Part shown: piece after piece, positions 59,259 through 64,000 of the stretch | Position numbering within the stretch: the stretch's first letter is position 1 | Layout: each line of letters opens with the position of its first letter | Assembly (NCBI GenBank): GCA_951406725.2 | Contig: OX597822.1 | Span: forward strand, 25,296,001-25,360,000 | Source: Octopus vulgaris | Lineage: Eukaryota | DNA length: 64,000 nucleotides | Direction: 5' to 3' | Made by a program: the position numbers and the translations under genes | Notes under the pieces: generated by a model | Told to the model about the DNA's origin: nothing | The model's database searches: none | Seen by the model: only the letters and a program-made list of their open reading frames with translations

Positions 59259-59563
59259 AATAATATTAATATTAAGTTGATTATTATGATGATGATGATG
59301 ATGATGATGATGATGGTTGTGGTGGTGGTGATGATGATGATGATGGTTGTGGTGGTGGTGATGATGATGATGACGACGACGACGAAGGGGAGAGAATGGT
59401 AACAAGGCGGGGAGGGAAAAGTTGGTGGAGGGTTAATAGAAGAAGAAGAAGAAGAAGAAGAAGAAGAAGAAGAAGAAGAAGAAGAAGAAGAAGAAGAAGA
59501 AAACGGAGAAAAAGCTGGAAAATTTTCGAAGGTACTCTTAAAAGCACCATCATTACAGTGCAT

Positions 59564-59648
<85 letters not shown>

Positions 59649-59758
59649 TGTATGTATGTATACAACAAGGAAAAATGCTAGTTCTAAAATCTCTCTCAGA
59701 GATCAACGCAGTAGTTGTACTAACAAGTAATATTCGTAGTCACTTCAACATGGCTATA

Positions 59759-60170
59759 GGCGCAGGATTAGCAGTGTGGTAAGAAGCTTGCTTCCCAACC
59801 ACATGGCTCCGGGTTCAGTCCCACTGCGTGACACTTTGGGCAAGTGTCTTCTACTATAGCCTTGAGCCGACCAAAACCTTATGAGTGGATTTGGTACACG
59901 GAGACTATGTGTGTGTGAGTGTGTGTGTGTATGTATGTATGTATGTGTATGTATGTATGTATTATGCAGGTATTTTTGTGTTTGTGTTTCTCCCCGCACC
60001 ATCGTTTGACAACAGAAGTTGGTGTGTTTACGTCCCGTAACTTAGCGGTTCGGCATAAGAAACTGATAGAATAAGTACCAGGCTTACAAAGAATTAAGTT
60101 CTGGGGTTGATTTGTTAGACTAAAGGCGGTGCTACATCATGGCCTCAGTCAAACTGAACCAAGTAAAAGA
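59759..60170 (+). mobile_element. SINE family A copy
   Basis: Colinear with 871-1332. Confidence 0.78.
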
Positions 60171-60949
60171 ATCAATATATATTGATTTATTTATTGCTAT
60201 TTTCGGTTTATGTATATATATACATATTTCTCGATCCAAAGATATTTGTTTTTTAACATGATGTTCCAATGAATTCCAAATGTAAAAGTCGTGACCGACA
60301 ACCCAAATCGTCTTCTTCTAAAACCAAACCGCTCAAGCTACAACCCTCACATCCACCGTCCAGTTCCCGCCCTCTCTGAAACACCACCAATCCGCCCAAA
60401 AGCGACCCGATTTTCTCACAACCATCACCCCCAACAATCCGTTCCCAAACCAAACCATTCTACCCACAATCCTCACCAATCCGCCCCGAACCAAGCCAAT
60501 TTACCCTCTACACTCACCTCACCAATACGCCACAGAGCGTTGCAATCTCTCCACAAACCACACCATCAACAATCCAAACCCAACCGGCCCAGTTTTTCCA
60601 CATACCTCACCTTACCTAACTGCCCCCGAACCGACCCAGTCTCCCCACAAACCTCACCTCTCCAGTCCGCCTCAAAGTCGGCCCAATCTTCCCACAACCT
60701 TCATCCTCGCCTGCAAAAGTAAAACCGCCTGCAAAGCTCTCTGCCGCTCGCTCCATCGTCCGAATCGCCTCTGAAAATCGCTCCAACCGCACAGTTCGCT
60801 AAATAACGATCAATGATCTATATAGTTTACAGAGAGAGACCACTGGTTCTACCTAGCATGAATAGCTAGGACCAAGATTACCGCCAGGTAAGAGGCTTAA
60901 AAGGGATGTATCCGCCGTTAATCGCTATTCACATGCGATGTAAAAATAA

Positions 60950-62442
60950 CAAGATGGCGGCGGCGGTTATGATGAAGTTGATGTGGCATTTTTGGTGGTA
61001 GCAGTGATTGTGATGATAGTATGGTGGTTGGTGGTGGTGGTGGTGGTGGTGATGGTGGTCATTGGTGGCGGTAGTGGAATGGCGCAAGTGATAGTAGTTG
61101 TTGTGGTGATGACTTTAGGTTAGATTGTTGTGGTAGTAGTATTGGTGATGTAGCGGTTGCGATGTGATGAAGGTGATATGGTTTTTGGTGGTGGTAGTGG
61201 TAGTACTGGTAGTTAGTAGTGATGGTGTTGGGGACGTAGTGCAGGAGATAGTGGAGTGCCATTGTAGTGGTCACTGTAGTCGTGCTATTGCATAAAGCGG
61301 CTGTAGTGCAGGTGATGGTAGCGATGGTTTGTTGACGTTGGCATTGGTAGTTTTAGTGTGGATAATGGTGGTGGTAGTGGTTGTGCTGGTTGCAGTAGTG
61401 TTTGTGATTGTAGAGGTGGTGGTTATGGTGTAGTGGTTGTGGTGTTAGTTGTGGTGGTGGTATAGTTGTGATGGTGGTGGTGGTTGTGGTGGCGTTGGTA
61501 GTTTTGATGGTAGTGGTGGTTGTGGTGGTGATTGTGGTGAGGTCGGGGTGATTTTAGTGCTGGTGGTGGTTGTCATGGTGGTGATTGTGGTGAGATGGGG
61601 TGGTTGTGGTAGGGGAGACTGCGTTGATAGTTGTGATGGCTACGGTGGCTGTGGTGATTGTAGTAGTTGTAGTGGTGGTGATGGCTATGGTGGTAGTTGT
61701 GCTTGTTGCATTGGTAGTGGTGGCGGTAGTGGTTGTTGTTGTAGCGGGTGTGGCAGCAGTAGTTGTGGTGGTTGCGGTGATGGTTGTGGTAGTTGTAGTT
61801 GTAGTGGCTGTGGTGATGGTAGTTGGGTTGGTGGTGGTGGTGGTGATAGTGTTAGTAGAAAAGACGGTTGTTGTGCCAGTGAGCATTGTGGTGGTGGTGG
61901 TAGAGATAGCGATAGCTGTGGAGGTAGTTGCGGTGAAGCTGGTAATGGTGGTGGGAATTGTATTCACGGCGGTAGCGCAGGCGGTCTTTGTGCTGCTTGT
62001 GACGGTTGTAACGATGGTAGTGGTAGTGGTAGTGGTGGTGGTGGTGGTGGTAGTGGTGGTGGTGGTGGTGGTGGTGGCAGTGGTGGTGGTGCGTATAGAG
62101 CAGAGCGGAAGTGATGGCCGTTATAACGGAAGTTCTGACGGTGGTAGTGGTGGTGGTGATGATAGATGTTGTTCTGATGGTGGTAGAGTTGGTAGTAATG
62201 ATAATGATGATGATGATGATGACGATGGTGACGATGATTTAGATGGTGGTTATGATGCTGATGATGATGATGATGATGACAGTTGTGATGGACGATACGC
62301 TGTGTAGTAGTGTAGTAGTGGCTGTGGTGGTGATGATGGTAGAAGTAGTAGTGACAGTGGTGGTGGTGGTGGTGTGGTAAATGCAGTTGTGCTTTGATTG
62401 CATGGCGTAAACAAAAGCGTCTGCTGTTGGAGAAGCAGCAGC

Positions 62443-62492
<50 letters not shown>

Positions 62493-62820
62493 GGGCGGTG
62501 GCGGCGGTAGTGGTAGAGGTGATGGTGGTGGCAGTAGTAGTTGTAGTTGTAGTAATAGTAGTAGTGGTGGTGGTGGAGGTAGTTGTGGTGGAGGTGGTGG
62601 TGGTGGTGGCAGTGGTGGTGGTAGTAGTAGTGGCAGTAGTAGTAGTGACTGTGGTGGTGGTGAATGTAGAAGTAGTAGTGACGGTGGTGGTAGTAGTAGT
62701 AGTAATAGTAGTTGAAGTAGTAGTAGTAGTAGTAGTAGTGGCGGTGGTGGTAGTGGTGGTGGTGGTGGTGGTGGTGGTGGTGGTGGTGGTGGTGGTAGTA
62801 GTAGTAGTAGAAGTGGTAGC
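60950..62820. repeat. Degenerate (GGT)/(AGT)/(GAT) trinucleotide low-complexity tract
   Basis: Direct reading. A similar (AGT)/(AGG) tract lies at 56873-57222. Confidence 0.8.
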
Positions 62821-63393
62821 AGTCTTTTGTTGTCGCTTAGCTCCGGGCGGGTCAGCCTTGGTCGTAAAGCGTTCCAGATGCGACCATTTTGCCTTTTCCC
62901 TATGAGGCAGGCTACCCAAGACCATCTTATGTAGCTTGTTCTGTTCATTGACGTAAGCGTATGAGCCGAAGGAGATCTTGGCTGTGGCATCTAATAGATC
63001 AAGCAATCACTTAGTGCGTCCGTCGTTGGCTCGTAGTAGTGATAGTGGCGGGGGTAACGATGTCTGCTTCAGCCTTATTTTCAAATAGTCACATGTGTGA
63101 TGTCTAAAGTATAGTAGAAATGTATGCGTATGTAGTTTTGTATGTGTATATATGTGTGTATATGTGCATGTGTATGTATGCATGTTTATGTGTACATGTG
63201 GATTGGCGTTGTGATGTCAGAGGTGTTGGAAACAATTGGATGCAGTTATATATATATATATATATACTCTTACTCTTTACTCTTTTACTTGTTTCAGTCA
63301 TGCTGGAGCACCGTCTTTCGTCGTGCAAATCGACCCCAGGACTTATTCTTTGTAAGCCTAGTACTTATTCTATCGGTCTCATCGATATTTGCG

Positions 63394-64000
63394 ATGGTTG
63401 AAACGAAGGAAGAGCGTGCCTCCTTGAAATTCTGCTTTCCTCTGGGGAAAACCGCGGCCGAAACAGTCGTCATGCTTTTAACAGTTTACAAAGATGCTGC
63501 CATGAGCAAAACACAAGTTTACGAGTGGTTGTCACGCTTTATGAATGGCCACTTGTCGATTCAGGACCAACTTCATACAGGGCGACCGGCGCCCTCTCGC
63601 ATGAATGAAAATATCCGTCACTGAACAATTTTTGATAAGACTGTCATGGAGCTCCTGCCAATGAATTTTGAACGAGGAATTACTAATGAAAAGAGTTGCA
63701 GCCAAATTTGTGCCTCATCTGCTCACGGAAGATCAAAAGCAGTCACAACTGAATGTGTGCCGTGAAATGAAAGAACAACTGGAAGTCGATCCGCACTTTT
63801 TACGAGGGTTATTACTGGCGATCAAAGCTGGTGCTACGGAATTTGCAGATGTGGAAAATGTGAAGAAAAAAAAAACGACGGAGGCGTTAAAAGGCATCAC
63901 TTCGCAAGAGTTCCAGCACTGCTTCGAAAAATGGAAAACGTGCCTGGGCCGATGCATTGCTTCAAATGGAGAATACTTTGAAGGCGATAAACTTGTAAGC
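63394..64000 (+). mobile_element. Internally deleted mariner transposase pseudogene
   Basis: ERASLKFCFPLGKTAAET...VYEWLSRF...GRP; then KRVAAKFVPHLLTEDQK; then FQHCFEKWKTCLGRCIASNGEYFEGD. The DD34D core is deleted. Confidence 0.85.

Noticed and set aside
60291-60722. 143-aa Pro/Ser/His-rich ORF
   Set aside because: C/A-rich degenerate repeat with no domain motif or splice evidence.
61449-63006. Long Gly/Cys-, Thr-, Val- and Pro-rich ORFs resembling keratin-associated or mucin proteins
   Set aside because: Open in several frames and on both strands because of degenerate GGT/AGT repeats. No signal peptide or splice support.

Overview
AT-rich, microsatellite-saturated eukaryotic DNA. The tRNA-derived SINE families and repeat landscape suggest an octopus (coleoid cephalopod); this is inference. 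I can support one protein-coding gene: a 5-exon + strand gene (CDS join 7083-7176,10602-10831,17533-17875,20601-21182,25252-25808; 601 aa) encoding a signal peptide and three tandem von Willebrand factor A domains with intact MIDAS motifs. The rest is mobile-element debris: three R4/Dong-type RLE LINE lineages and a ~554-bp non-coding element, all in (TAA)n; Tx1/L1-clade LINE copies in (ATCT)n; a 4.7-kb Helitron carrying a satellite; short Helitrons; mariner remnants; and many SINEs. The least expected signal is a set of minimal type I hammerhead ribozyme motifs (3163-3245, 42720-42807 and 28723-28777 with canonical cores, plus variant copies) in inverted- or direct-repeat, Penelope/retrozyme-like elements, mostly near (TA)n. 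One SINE family also shares its 3' tail with the Tx1 LINE. Most ORFs in the supplied track are microsatellite artefacts.
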